Made by a program: the position numbers and the translations under genes. The notes beneath the pieces were generated by a model that saw nothing but the letters and a program-made list of their open reading frames with translations, was not told where the DNA came from and did not search any database. Shown in pieces: positions 35,723 to 47,655 of a stretch of DNA of 64,000 nt. This DNA is from Octopus bimaculoides (lineage: Eukaryota). The stretch covers positions 18,177,171 to 18,241,170 of the forward strand of contig NC_069001.1 in NCBI RefSeq assembly GCF_001194135.2. Reading direction: 5' to 3'. The stretch's first letter is position 1. Every line of letters starts with the position of its first letter.

Positions 35723-37374
35723 TATGTCTTTTTCGGGTAACCAAGATAAATAACCAAACAACAGTAGTGACCAACCCAGCTGTAGCTGCCTGTGGATAGG
35801 TCAAACAAACTGCTTTATTCTTACTGCAGAAGCAGTTGATGACAGTGGCACTGCAATCCCAGTGGATCAACCCTGTAGCCTGTCTGCCATGCCAGCATGG
35901 AAGAAGAATGTTAAATGATGATGATGATAGCACCAATTACTTACAATACTTATCTCACTTTTAGAGGAATTCCTTAGCCTGCAGTTGTGATTGTGATCTT
36001 TAAGTGTGATTTACTGTCTCTTGTGGGGGGAAATAAAAAATATCTCAATGTGGAAATTATTAAAGGTAAAGGTGAATGAACTGCAATATAGGAAGATATT
36101 TTGCTCTCATAAACACACCATAAATCCAGCAACTGAATAAAACTCTAAACTTATTCAATGTTATTTGTTTTACCAATACTGATGATAATAATGACAACTA
36201 TTAATAGCTTACAAAACATTGTTTCACATCCAAATCACAACAGAAAGAAAAACTGCTTTTGATTTTGTGTCAATCTTATTATTTATTTTTTTGTTCTTGA
36301 CATGATTTTTTGTTCTGTTGAATGATTCACAGATCTATGTTTTTCATGCGAGAATAATTGTGTGTATTTCTCACAGAAAGAGGAAGAGATACGCAATGGC
36401 CAGAATTCTTTCAAATATTTATACAAAAAAGATATAAAAAACAAAACACTTAGCTACAATTTATACAATATGCAGACACTTTGGTTGAATGTATCTTTTC
36501 TCCAAGGATGTGTCGCCTAAGTAGGCAAGGTAGGCAGTGCCTACCTTGAATAAAATAGATCAATAGCAACATTTTCTTTTTATGGCAAAATGTGTACCTA
36601 ATTCAATAAAATTATGAAGGTTACTCTGAATACTATGCATAAAATGCAAAATCTTCTTTTTTTTTTTTTGTAGATTAGGTAGGCATAATTCACCCCTGCC
36701 TTTAAATCTCAGTATTTAAGCTGTGCATAGTACTGCGTAGCACACGTGCTGTGTACACTCCTACAACACCGTTTTCTTTATGTGCTATAACGGCAGAAGT
36801 AAATCTGCCTTCAACTCAGTCATATGTCCGCGTTTCGCTTTTTTTTTTTTGTGTTTTACTACATAAAGGTCACCAACTGCCTGCCCTGAGTAATTACTGA
36901 CAGTACATGCCTGCTTTTATCAGCTTCAATCATTAGACCGTGGCCATACTGAAGAAATTTTTGTCGAATGAATCGACCCAAGTNNNNNNNNNNNNNNNNN
37001 NNNNNNNNNNNNNNNNNNNNNNNNNNNNNNNNNNNNNNNNNNNNNNNNNNNNNNNNNNNNNNNNNNNNNNNNNNNNNNNNNNNNNNNNNNNNNNNNNNNN
37101 NNNNNNNNNNNNNNNNNNNNNNNNNNNNNNNNNNNNNNNNNNNNNNNNNNNNNNNNNNNNNNNNNNNNNNNNNNNNNNNNNNNNNNNNNNNNNNNNNNNN
37201 NNNNNNNNNNNNNNNNNNNNNNNNNNNNNNNNNNNNNNNNNNNNNNNNNNNNNNNNNNNNNNNNNNNNNNNNNNNNNNNNNNNNNNNNNNNNNNNNNNNN
37301 NNNNNNNNNNNNNNNNNNNNNNNNNNNNNNNNNNNNNNNNNNNNNNNNNNNNNNNNNNNNNNNNNNNNNNNNNN

Positions 37375-37722
37375 CCAACCACTCAGAGAGTGTAGTGGGT
37401 GCTTTTACGTGTCATCCGCACAAAAACGGCCACGCTCGAAATGGTGTCTTTTATGTGCCACCCGCACAAGAGCCAGTCCAGGGGCACTGGCAACGATCTC
37501 GCTTGAAAACCCTACAAAGGCCAGTCAGGCGGTATATATATATATATATATGTCTGTACGTATTGTCGTCGTCGTTTAACGTCCGCTTTCCATGCTAGCA
37601 TGGGTTGGACGATTTGACTGAGGACTGGTGAAACCAGATGGCAACAGCAGGCTCCAATCTAAATTTGGCAGAGTTTCTACAGCTGGATGCCCTTCCTAAC
37701 GCCAACCACTCAGAGAGTGTAG
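37375..37722 (-). mobile_element. Two adjacent RTE-type 3' tails
   Basis: ccaaccactcagagagtgtag occurs twice; tail tttaacgtccgctttccatgctagcatggg. Further copies at 13265-13445 (+), 49630-49820 (-), 60680-60860 (-). Confidence 0.85.
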
Positions 37723-37890
37723 AATACAAATGTGAATACAAACAATAAAACAAGTTTTGCGTAAAGTGGACCACAGATTCCAGAGATACGAGTTTTTTAT
37801 GGGGTTTGTTTCACATATTTAAGCAGCAGAACCTGGAGTTATTGCCCTTTACTGTGAACACCGGATAGTTTTGTTGGAATAATGACAGAT

Positions 37891-39421
37891 GTGTATCCCA
37901 CTGACTTTGTTGCCTCATAACTTCCAGAAAAATGGATACTTTTTAACGAAATTTTCAACAAGTACCACTTAGATAGTGTGGATTCAGAGTAGGTAAGGAT
38001 TTATGGGAAAGAATTTTTGTGAAAAAAAAGTTTTGAAAATTCTAGAAATTCCTCAACATCCCACACCTGATCGATTTTGGCCAATTTCTTTTAAGCTTAA
38101 AAACCATGGGAGGAGCCTTTTCGGTAAAAAGGAAAATAAAATTATAAATATTTTCATAGGAAAAGATGTACAATTCAAGGGAGATTTGGCTGTTGTTTCT
38201 CGCACATCCCAAACTACTCTCCATTTTCACTCTCACATGTATTGATGTTTTCTCAATATTNNNNNNNNNNNNNNNNNNNNNNNNNNNNNNNNNNNNNNNN
38301 NNNNNNNNNNNNNNNNNNNNNNNNNNNNNNNNNNNNNNNNNNNNNNNNNNNNNNNNNNNNNNNNNNNNNNNNNNNNNNNNNNNNNNNNNNNNNNNNNNNN
38401 NNNNNNNNNNNNNNNNNNNNNNNNNNNNNNNNNNNNNNNNNNNNNNNNNNNNNNNNNNNNNNNNNNNNNNNNNNNNNNNNNNNNNNNNNNNNNNNNNNNN
38501 NNNNNNNNNNNNNNNNNNNNNNNNNNNNNNNNNNNNNNNNNNNNNNNNNNNNNNNNNNNNNNNNNNNNNNNNNNNNNNNNNNNNNNNNNNNNNNNNNNNN
38601 NNNNNNNNNNNNNNNNNNNNNNNNNNNNNNNNNNNNNNNNNNNNNNNNNNNNNNNNNNNNNNNNNNNNNNNNNNNNNNNNNNNNNNNNNNNNNNNNNNNN
38701 NNNNNNNNNNNNNNNNNNNNNNNNNNNNNNNNNNNNNNNNNNNNNNNNNNNNNNNNNNNNNNNNNNNNNNNNNNNNNNNNNNNNNNNNNNNNNNNNNNNN
38801 NNNNNNNNNNNNNNNNNNNNNNNNNNNNNNNNNNNNNNNNNNNNNNNNNNNNNNNNNNNNNNNNNNNNNNNNNNNNNNNNNNNNNNNNNNNNNNNNNNNN
38901 NNNNNNNNNNNNNNNNNNNNNNNNNNNNNNNNNNNNNNNNNNNNNNNNNNNNNNNGTTGTAAAAAAAATTTTAAACTTCTTTTCATAAAAAGATGTTTCC
39001 TGTCCACATCATTTTGAAGGCTGTGGTTTGAAATAAAAGAGGGAAATCCCTATCAAAACAGTAATTCCAACTTATTTGGTCTTCCTGATCTGAAACTTCA
39101 TTTTTCAAAAATCCTCTCCTCACCCCACTTGGAAAAAATTTTCCCCACAAATTTCTTTATAATTGTAATCTATGCCATTTGAAAGGTATTTGTATAAAAT
39201 TTCATTAAAAGATATCCATTTTCCTGAATGTTATGAAGAAAAACATCAGATTATGTGAATTTTCTAAAACTCCTCTCCATACACCCTCAAAAAAATTCTT
39301 TCCTGTAAATCCCTAAATACTCTGAATCCACAGCATCTAAGTGATATTCGTTGAAAATTTCATTAAAAAGTATGCATTTTTCTGGAAGTTATGAGGCAAC
39401 AAATTCAGGAGTGGGATACAC
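37891..39421. mobile_element. Fold-back element with about 150-bp terminal inverted repeats, centre in a gap
   Basis: gtgtatcccact..tttgttgcctcataacttccagaaaaatggatactttttaacgaaattttcaac...gtggattcagagta matches the reverse complement of 39255-39421; sub-repeats of the TIR inside the right arm. Confidence 0.8.
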
Positions 39422-40717
39422 ATGTGTAGTTATGCCAGTTTTGTTTGTGGTTAACTGAATCATCATAAAATTAACTTTCATTTCAATGCAATGTTGAAAT
39501 TAGCTTCAATGTTTTATAACCTGAACCATCAGTGACCCAATGGGTCATGGGTATTGTAGTTCTGCAATAAAAACAAGAAAAAACTGGAAATAACTGATGC
39601 TTCTTATTGTTATATATTTTTTGAAGCCATATAAGGACATCTGACTGACCCATACAAACTCGAAAAAGTAAACCTCAAAAATGATTGTGTGTGTGTATGT
39701 GTGTGTGTGTGTGTGTATAAAATCCTTTCATCTGATAAAGTGAATACAAAGTTATATGACCATTACCATCACCACTAGATGGGAAGACAATCCAACTACG
39801 TGGTGCATGCCACTAAATTCTAAATACAAAGCTTGACTGAGTCCATCTTGCCCACCTTTGCTGTGGCTATCACCAGGACACAAAATTGCACAGATGAGCC
39901 AATGAGAGAGCCTTGATCTTTTGTGCCAGAGTCTTTTCTCCACCCACCACCCAAATATGTGAGGTGGGTGCTTATGTGCATGTGCTTTTGCATTTGTTCT
40001 GCTACTGCTTGACAACTGGTGTTAGTTGGTTTATGCTCCTGTAAGCAGTTTGGCAAAAAAAAAAAAAACCAAGAGAATAAATACCCAACTATAAAAAAAA
40101 AGAACTGGGATCGATCTGTTCGACTAAAAAAAACTCTTTAGAGATGGTGCTCCAGCATGGCCACAGTCCAATGACTGAATCAAATAAAAGATAAAAAGAT
40201 AAAATCTTAAAAAGAGGAAATGACGGACACCAATGTTGGTCAGAGATCTATAAGAGATGGTCGTGTGTGGAGAAACATTTGATCAAAGTTCTCAATGTCC
40301 AGAGCAGAGCAGACATGGGACAAAACAAGAAGAATCTAGAACTACAGTCTGTAAACGGTGAGGAGTGTTTTGGTTGTTTATTTCTAGCAGGTGCCAAAGT
40401 GTGTTGTACTGTGGCTAGTGTGTAAGGGTATGTGTGTGTGTGTAACATATGTGTGTGTGCATGCAGTGAACATGTGCATGTATGTCTGTGATGTGTATGC
40501 ACAAGAAGAATAAATGGTCCATATGGTCACTAAAAATAGTAACCAAATCACATCACAAATTACACCATCTTTGGGGAAAAAGGAAGGACACATCAACTAA
40601 TGGAATTCTAGACACACAAACTGGATATTCACAGTTGAAGCAACTTTGATTATAGGTTCATTTGTTCAATCAGTCTGTATGACAACTGCATAACATCCAC
40701 ACACACACGGAGAGAGA

Positions 40718-40764
<47 letters not shown>

Positions 40765-42194
40765 ACACACACACACACACACACACAGTGATGAATGCTA
40801 CAATATCATCATTCATTAGAAAAATCACTGAACAATGATTACTGAAATAATATTCATTAATAGTAGTGCTCCAATATGACCAAAACCAATTTACTAAGAA
40901 GCTATAAAAGATTAATTGCATGAATACTTCAGGAGTTGTTGGAACTGTTTATCCCAAAGCTAATCCTACTCAAGTGACAGAACTCATCTCAAAGGCATTC
41001 CAACCTGCCTGAGAATGGATATAGAATTACATCATCCAACAAGTCTTTCCTTTCTATTAAGATGATAGGGTATGATTTTGAGGGATATTTGGCCGTTATT
41101 TTTAGCAGGTCAAGCAACAACAGAGAGGCTCCTTCCCTGACATGCTTACTTGATTAGATAATAATTGACTTTGGCAATAGGTTAGATATACTTCAATCAT
41201 TTAACCATTTATGGAAGTTTGTAAGTTTTTAGGTGTGGATCATGTTAAAAAGTTTCAATCAGTCAGTTCTGCTTGGGTGACCCTACAAGTAGCTGATAGC
41301 GGGCAGAGCTAATCAAATACCTAGTTCAATTGTTAATCTGTCTCACACCAACAGGTAATTACAGGTAACTACAGAGAATTTTTCCTGTTTGTATCTTTAT
41401 TTTATTAACTCCAGAAGGATGAAAGGCAAAGGATTTGAACTCAGAACACAAAGAGCAATAAGGATGGATTTTCAAACTGGAAATGTAAGAGAGTGAAATA
41501 GATGCTGTAAGACATAGGTCAGGGGTCTCAAACTGATAAGTATCACTCTCCAATCCCCTTCTGCCCATGCTAAAAAAAGAAAAGAAAGAAAATGAAGTGA
41601 AATTCTTCTGCTCCTCTTCTTCATTAATGAGGTGAAATAAACAAACCCCTGAGATGCTCTGCTCTAAACAGAAACTGCAGAAGCTACTTAAAGATGTTAC
41701 AAGTTAGCTCTTCTGTATATGTTTGAAATGTTTCTGTATGTTCAGCAGATAACTCAGGGTCACAAGCATTTTGCCCCTTAGCCTGAATGCTTTACTTGAG
41801 AAGGACAATGTGGACAGAGAGAAGTGTTCCACCAAGAGAAGTATTTGCTCAGGAATCTATTATCAACTACAACCGACTTATGGCAATCTCCTTCAGTTGT
41901 TTGGGCTTCAATCTACTATAAGAAATAGAATGTTGATCTTGCTGGACAACTGCAGCAGCCAACTTTGATTGAGAATGAGGGTGTGTGCCATTTCTTGACA
42001 ACAGTCTTGTCAACCAAGCCCTTGTGTCTGACTAAGAAGACAGACAGGTAAGCACAGAGAGAGAGGGTAAATAAATAGACAGCTAACCAGTTAGACATAG
42101 ATAAATAAACAAATAGTAATATATAAAACTATATAAACACATAAAGTTAGACAGTGGTAGACAGACAGAGTGACTAACAGACAGACAAGCTGAT

Positions 42195-42251
<57 letters not shown>

Positions 42252-42846
42252 ATTGTAATATTAATTTAGTTACCTTTAAAGGTGATAGTAATACAAATGA
42301 AGTGTTCTATTTTAGATATGAAACTAGATTATAGAGAATAGAGGGAGAGAGAGGAATTGGGACTGTAGTGACAGTTGCAACAGATGGAGCTAATGTCATT
42401 GGCGGAGGTGGGTGATCTCTTTCCCACCACCATCACCACTACAACAAACACAACAGCAAGAAGATATCAGCCCTATGACATGGTGTCAAGTTTAAAGTTA
42501 CTTTCTATGACTGACATAACTTCATATATGAGAGTTGGATGAGAAAGACTACACACAGTTCACATGATTTAGTATATTTTAAAGACACTGATTTCAAATG
42601 CAGCTATGAGGAGGAAACTAACCTTGCTACTTATTCACACATACTCAACAACCAAGTAACCAAGCCAGCCAGCCAACTAACCATTTTGAACATACACAAA
42701 CTGGCAGTCCCATATGACAGCACCTGTCAAACATACTAAATAAGTAACATACTGTTTATGTTTGGAGAGACTGAAATTGGTTGTGCCAAAACTTTTCTTG
42801 TTCAAACTAGTTTGAAATCTATTAAACCAATTTTATTTTATTTATA

Positions 42847-43281
42847 CAGGGGTGGGCAAAAATAGGTATACAGTGGCTTAAAATGAATAGAATGTCAAGT
42901 GGCACAAGCTGGCAGAATCGTTAGCATAGCGGGCAAAATGCTTAGTGACATTTCATCAGTCTTCACATTCTGAGTTCAAATTCCACTGAGGTCGACTTCG
43001 CTTTCCCTCCCTCTCAGGGTCAATAAAATAAGTATCAGTTGAGCACTGGGGCTGATGTAATTGACTTATTCTCTCAAAATTGCTGGCCTTGTGCCAAACT
43101 TTGAAACCAATATAAGTGGAATGTTCTTTTCATTTCTCTATTAGGATAAGATTTCTATGAGTCTATGTTCTTTAACAAGTTATTTCAATCTCTCAAGTGC
43201 TCAAACTGATGGCCTTTCATGTCAGTGCACTCCTGAAGTTAACATATTAAGCAACTGTATACCTGCTTTTGCCCACCCCTG
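42847..43281. mobile_element. Tc1-type MITE interrupted by a family B SINE (about 42895-43112)
   Basis: TA-flanked TIRs caggggtgggcaaaaataggtatacagt / actgtatacctgcttttgcccacccctg. Confidence 0.88.
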
Positions 43282-43827
43282 TATTTATTCAGCCAATTGC
43301 TTTTGCTTGTTTTTCCATCCTGGCATTGCTTAGGTGAACATATTACTGAGGCGCTGCATCATTTTAGTGTTTAAATAATACCAACCTGCTGGTTAGAGCA
43401 AGCAGGCCAACATTTCCCTTGATTGGAAGGTTAATCCATTGTAGGGTTACCCATTTACAGCTGAGTGGACTGGAGCAACATAAAACAAAGTATTTTGCTC
43501 AAGAACACAATGCACAACTGGTCTAGGTATTGAAACCATGATCTCATGATTCTGAGTGCAACACACCTAACCACTAGGTCACACACCTTCACACACATAG
43601 ACACATATATAAATACATATATTCTTTTATTCTTTTACTTGTTTCAGTCATTTGACTGCAGCCATGCTGGAGCGTGGCCTTGAAGAGACTTAGTCAAATA
43701 AATTGACCCCAGGACTATTTTCTTAAAATCAAGTACTTATTCTATCAGTTCTTTTTGCTGAACTGCTAAGTTAGAAGGATGTACTGGTGGTCATGCAGTG
43801 ATGGGAGGACAAACACAGACACAAAGG

Positions 43828-43879
<52 letters not shown>

Positions 43880-45294
43880 ATATATTTTTTTTTTTTGAGG
43901 CCTATAGCAGAAGACACTTGGCCAAGGTGCCATGCAGTAGGACTGAACCATGAACCATGTGGTTGAGAAGCATGCTTCTTACCACACAGTCATGCCTGTG
44001 CCTGTATAAAATCATAATCCTCATAATTTAACATCCACTTTTCCATGCTTGCATAGGTCACATGCAATTTGCTGAGGCAGATTTTGTACCATTAGATGCC
44101 TTTTCTGTTGCCAACTCTCACCTGTTTCTAAAGAAGGTAATATTTCCCGATGACCAGATATTTTCATGGTGGGCTGGAAATGAATTTCACTTGTATTACA
44201 ATGATGGTTATTTACAACTATCACATGATGTCAAGACAAGAGTATACACAAACACACATATATATGATGGGCTTCTTTCAGTTTCCATCAACCACACCCA
44301 CATCCAAGATTTCACCCAATCCAGTGCCACAGTAGAAGATACTTGCACAAGGTGGAACAGAGTGGCATTGAACTCAAAACCACATGGGTGTGAACAAAAC
44401 TTCTTAACCACACAACCAAGTCTGTACTGCTATCATCATCATCCTTTAATGTCTGTTTTCTATTCGGGCATGGGTTGGTCTGTTTGAATGAAACTGGCAA
44501 GCTAGGAAGTTGCACCAGGTTCCGGTCTGATTTGGCTGAATTTCCATGGCTGGATGCCCTTTCTAATGCTAACCATTTTACACATGTGTTAGGTGCTTTT
44601 AGTGTGCCACAGGCATGAGTGTTGTTACATGGCACTGGCAAGAGTACTCTCAATGTGATACTGACACAAGTACTTTTTACATGGCACTGACTCTAGCAGG
44701 CCAATCCTCTTCGGCTGTGGAAAATGGATTTTCTTGAGTGTATCAAAAGATATTTGTATTAACAGTCATTACTAATTAGTTATTTAATTTCTGGATGTCG
44801 TTAGGCTTTAATATTTGAAAATTTCCCTGAGTTAGTTGAAACAGTCAGCAGTCTTGTGATTAAAGAGAACAATAGTGGTATTGAGTTCTGAAATGGCTTC
44901 CAGCTGTAAATGTAAACAAAGACAATAGCACTAGAATAATTCAAATGATCTTAGTAACAACAGAAAGATTTATGGGATTATAGTTAAAGAGAGAATAGCA
45001 AGTGGTTGGGAGAGGTGAGAAGATAGTAGCACATATTTGAAAATGTCTCTCTCTCTCTCTCTCTCTTTCTGTTTCATTGTATTCTCTCTATGATTGCACT
45101 GCATTTAAATTTTAAGGTAAGCACAGCAGGTATGGCTGAGTGGTTAAGACATTTGCTTCCCAACCACATGGCTTCAGGTTCAGTCCACTGTATGCGTCTT
45201 CAGCAAGTGTCTACTAGTATAGCTCTGGGTTGACCAAAGCCTTGTGAGTGGATTCAGTAGACAGAAACCACAAGAAACCCTTTATATTTATAGC

Positions 45295-45715
45295 TTTTGC
45301 AAAGTCAAGGCATATTACGTCTACATTTGAGTTGTTGAGTAACTGCCTCAACACCCAGTCATAGTGCTGTAAGAGCTAGGTCAGGCAGCTCCTACTTGGT
45401 CAAATGCCATGCTGGGTTTCACTCAGTAAGTTGTTTTCTTCAAGGATGGGGATTAGTTTACCTCTGACTATCTGTTCCATGACTTTGCTGTTGTGTAATG
45501 TCAGAGTGATAGGCCTATAGTTTTCGGCATCTGCTCTGCTTCCTCCTTTATGGATTAGGCATATTATTCCCTCCTTCAGTTTGCTTGGCAGCCTGCCATT
45601 TGCAAGAAAGCTCTGGAAGAGAATCTGTAATGGTTTCTCCAGGGCATGTTTTTATGATTTGAGGAAGATTGCTGGGAAACCATCTGGACCAGTAGTTGTT
45701 TCATTTATCCCAGTC
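45295..45715 (-). mobile_element. LINE RT fragment, same family as 45960-47600, opposite strand
   Basis: TGPDGFPAIFLK...LFQSFLANGRLPSKLKEG..IHKGGSRADAENYRPITLT...QHG...DVICLDFAKA. Confidence 0.88.
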
Positions 45716-45959
45716 TTTGGGAAGTGGGTCAGGGGAAAACTTTAATGAACACCTCTTGTATAGGTGTGAATGTCTGTACACAGTATACATATATGGATAT
45801 GCTAATCTCGACTTCAACTTGGTGTCCTTATTAAAATACCTTGGTTCAAATGAATCCTGCAACTGACCTGGCTACATCAATCTCACAGATAAGACTATCC
45901 ACAATACACAAGACCACCACAGCAAATAGACCCAAGGTGGACACCACTGGCAACAACAC

Positions 45960-47600
45960 AGACATCACATTGGTGCTCTTACTGAACATCAGAAGACTGT
46001 TAACACTTAGTAACAGGACAAAAATTCCTTTCCCTGAGAGACCTTGTTGCATGCAATCAAGCCTTATGCATAACACTTATGGAAACACATCTGAAATCAG
46101 ATATAGCAAATGCAGAAATACACATACCACAGTATATTGTATTATGGACCAATAGAAAAGAAAGAAGTCATGGTAGAGTTGCTATGTACATCCGTGAAGA
46201 CCTCACACCCCAGGTCCTTTTGTCACACTCATATTCAGTATGTGACGCACTAATTGAACATATAAGACAACTCAATGTAGTTATATGTGCTACATATCGC
46301 CCTCCAGATGCTCCAAATCATGTAGGCAAGTTTGAAGACTGCCTTACAAAAATAGAAGTTCTGGTTACATTAGAACAACACATAAGTGTACTTCTTATGG
46401 GAGACTTCAATCTGCCCAATGTCAGATGGCCCGAGGGCCTTTCTCTCCCAGGAATGACGCGATACGAATAAGGACAGGTGAATTCCCTCCTGAACCTTGC
46501 CAACACTTTGTACATGGAACAAATAGTACTCCAACCAACCAGGGCAGGTAACATACTGGATCTCTGCTTCACAAATAATATGGATCTCATCCATAATGTG
46601 AAAGTGACACCGATGCTACTCTCGGATCACAACATGGTAGAGCTGACCATATACGGACCAAAGGAAACCATGGACATGCAGCCTATAAGAAACTCTCAAA
46701 ATCTTTCCAGCTTGAACTTCCATAGGAAACTGGAAACAAATTGAGAAAGATCCTCAAACAAAACTGGCCTAAATATCTCTCCTCACTGGACATCGACATG
46801 AAACTTCAACAATTCATGTCTGTAATGCAAGAGAGAGAAAGGCCACAGTGCACAAGAACAAAATCTCCAGGGAGAGGAAAATTCTTATGAGCTGGCGTAC
46901 AAAAGTTTCAAATCACCTAAACAAACAAATTGAAAGTAGTGAAAAGTCCCGCATGAAAATACAACTGCTGGAGATTGAAAAAAATCTGCAACTCTCCCAT
47001 GAACAAACAAAGAAGCCTGGGCTATAGACAATATAAAATCTAACCCCAGAGCCTTCTACAAGTTTGCCAGAGAAACAACTTCAGTGCACTACAAGATAGG
47101 GCCACTTCTTGAAAAAGATGGTTCACTCACAGGAAACCCAATGAGGATAAATGAAATACTAAATGAGCAATTCAAAAGTGTTTTCACTCCACTGACTTTT
47201 TTGTTACTGCTGCAGATATAAAAACAGAGGCATTGATGATTGATTACATCAACATAAAAGAAGACGATGTAATAAGGGCTATAAATGAAGAGAACCCAAA
47301 CTCAGCTACTGGCCCTGATGGATTCCCAGCAATCCTTCTAAAAGCACATGCATAAGCGAGTCCTAGCAAGACCACTGCAATCCCTCTTTCAGAGCTTCCT
47401 TGCAACTGGCAAACTTCAAAGCAAGCTGAAGGAGGGTAAAATATACCCTATTCATAAAGGAGGTAGCAAAGCGGAGGCCAAGAACTACAGGCCTATCTCT
47501 TTGACCTCGCACATCAGCAAAGTCATAGAATGAATAGTCAGAAGAAAACTAATTACCTTCCCTGAGGAAAATGACTTGCTGACTGACATTCAACATGGTT
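45960..47600 (+). mobile_element. Decayed CR1/L2/Jockey-group LINE ORF2: AP endonuclease and start of RT
   Basis: METHL, ATYRPPD, LLMGDFNLP, PTRAGNILDLCFTN, LSDHNMV (APE motifs); ATGPDGFP, KNYRPISLTSHISKVIE, QHGF (RT start); multiple stops and frameshifts. Confidence 0.92.
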
Positions 47601-47606
47601 TTAAAG

Positions 47607-47655
<49 letters not shown>

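Noticed and set aside
33393-36520. Possible terminal exons (GKLTQQDVQDVVNN* at 33393; three open frames after ctcacag at 36377)
   Set aside because: Short, no recognisable homology, and too many such candidates to be consistent with one gene.
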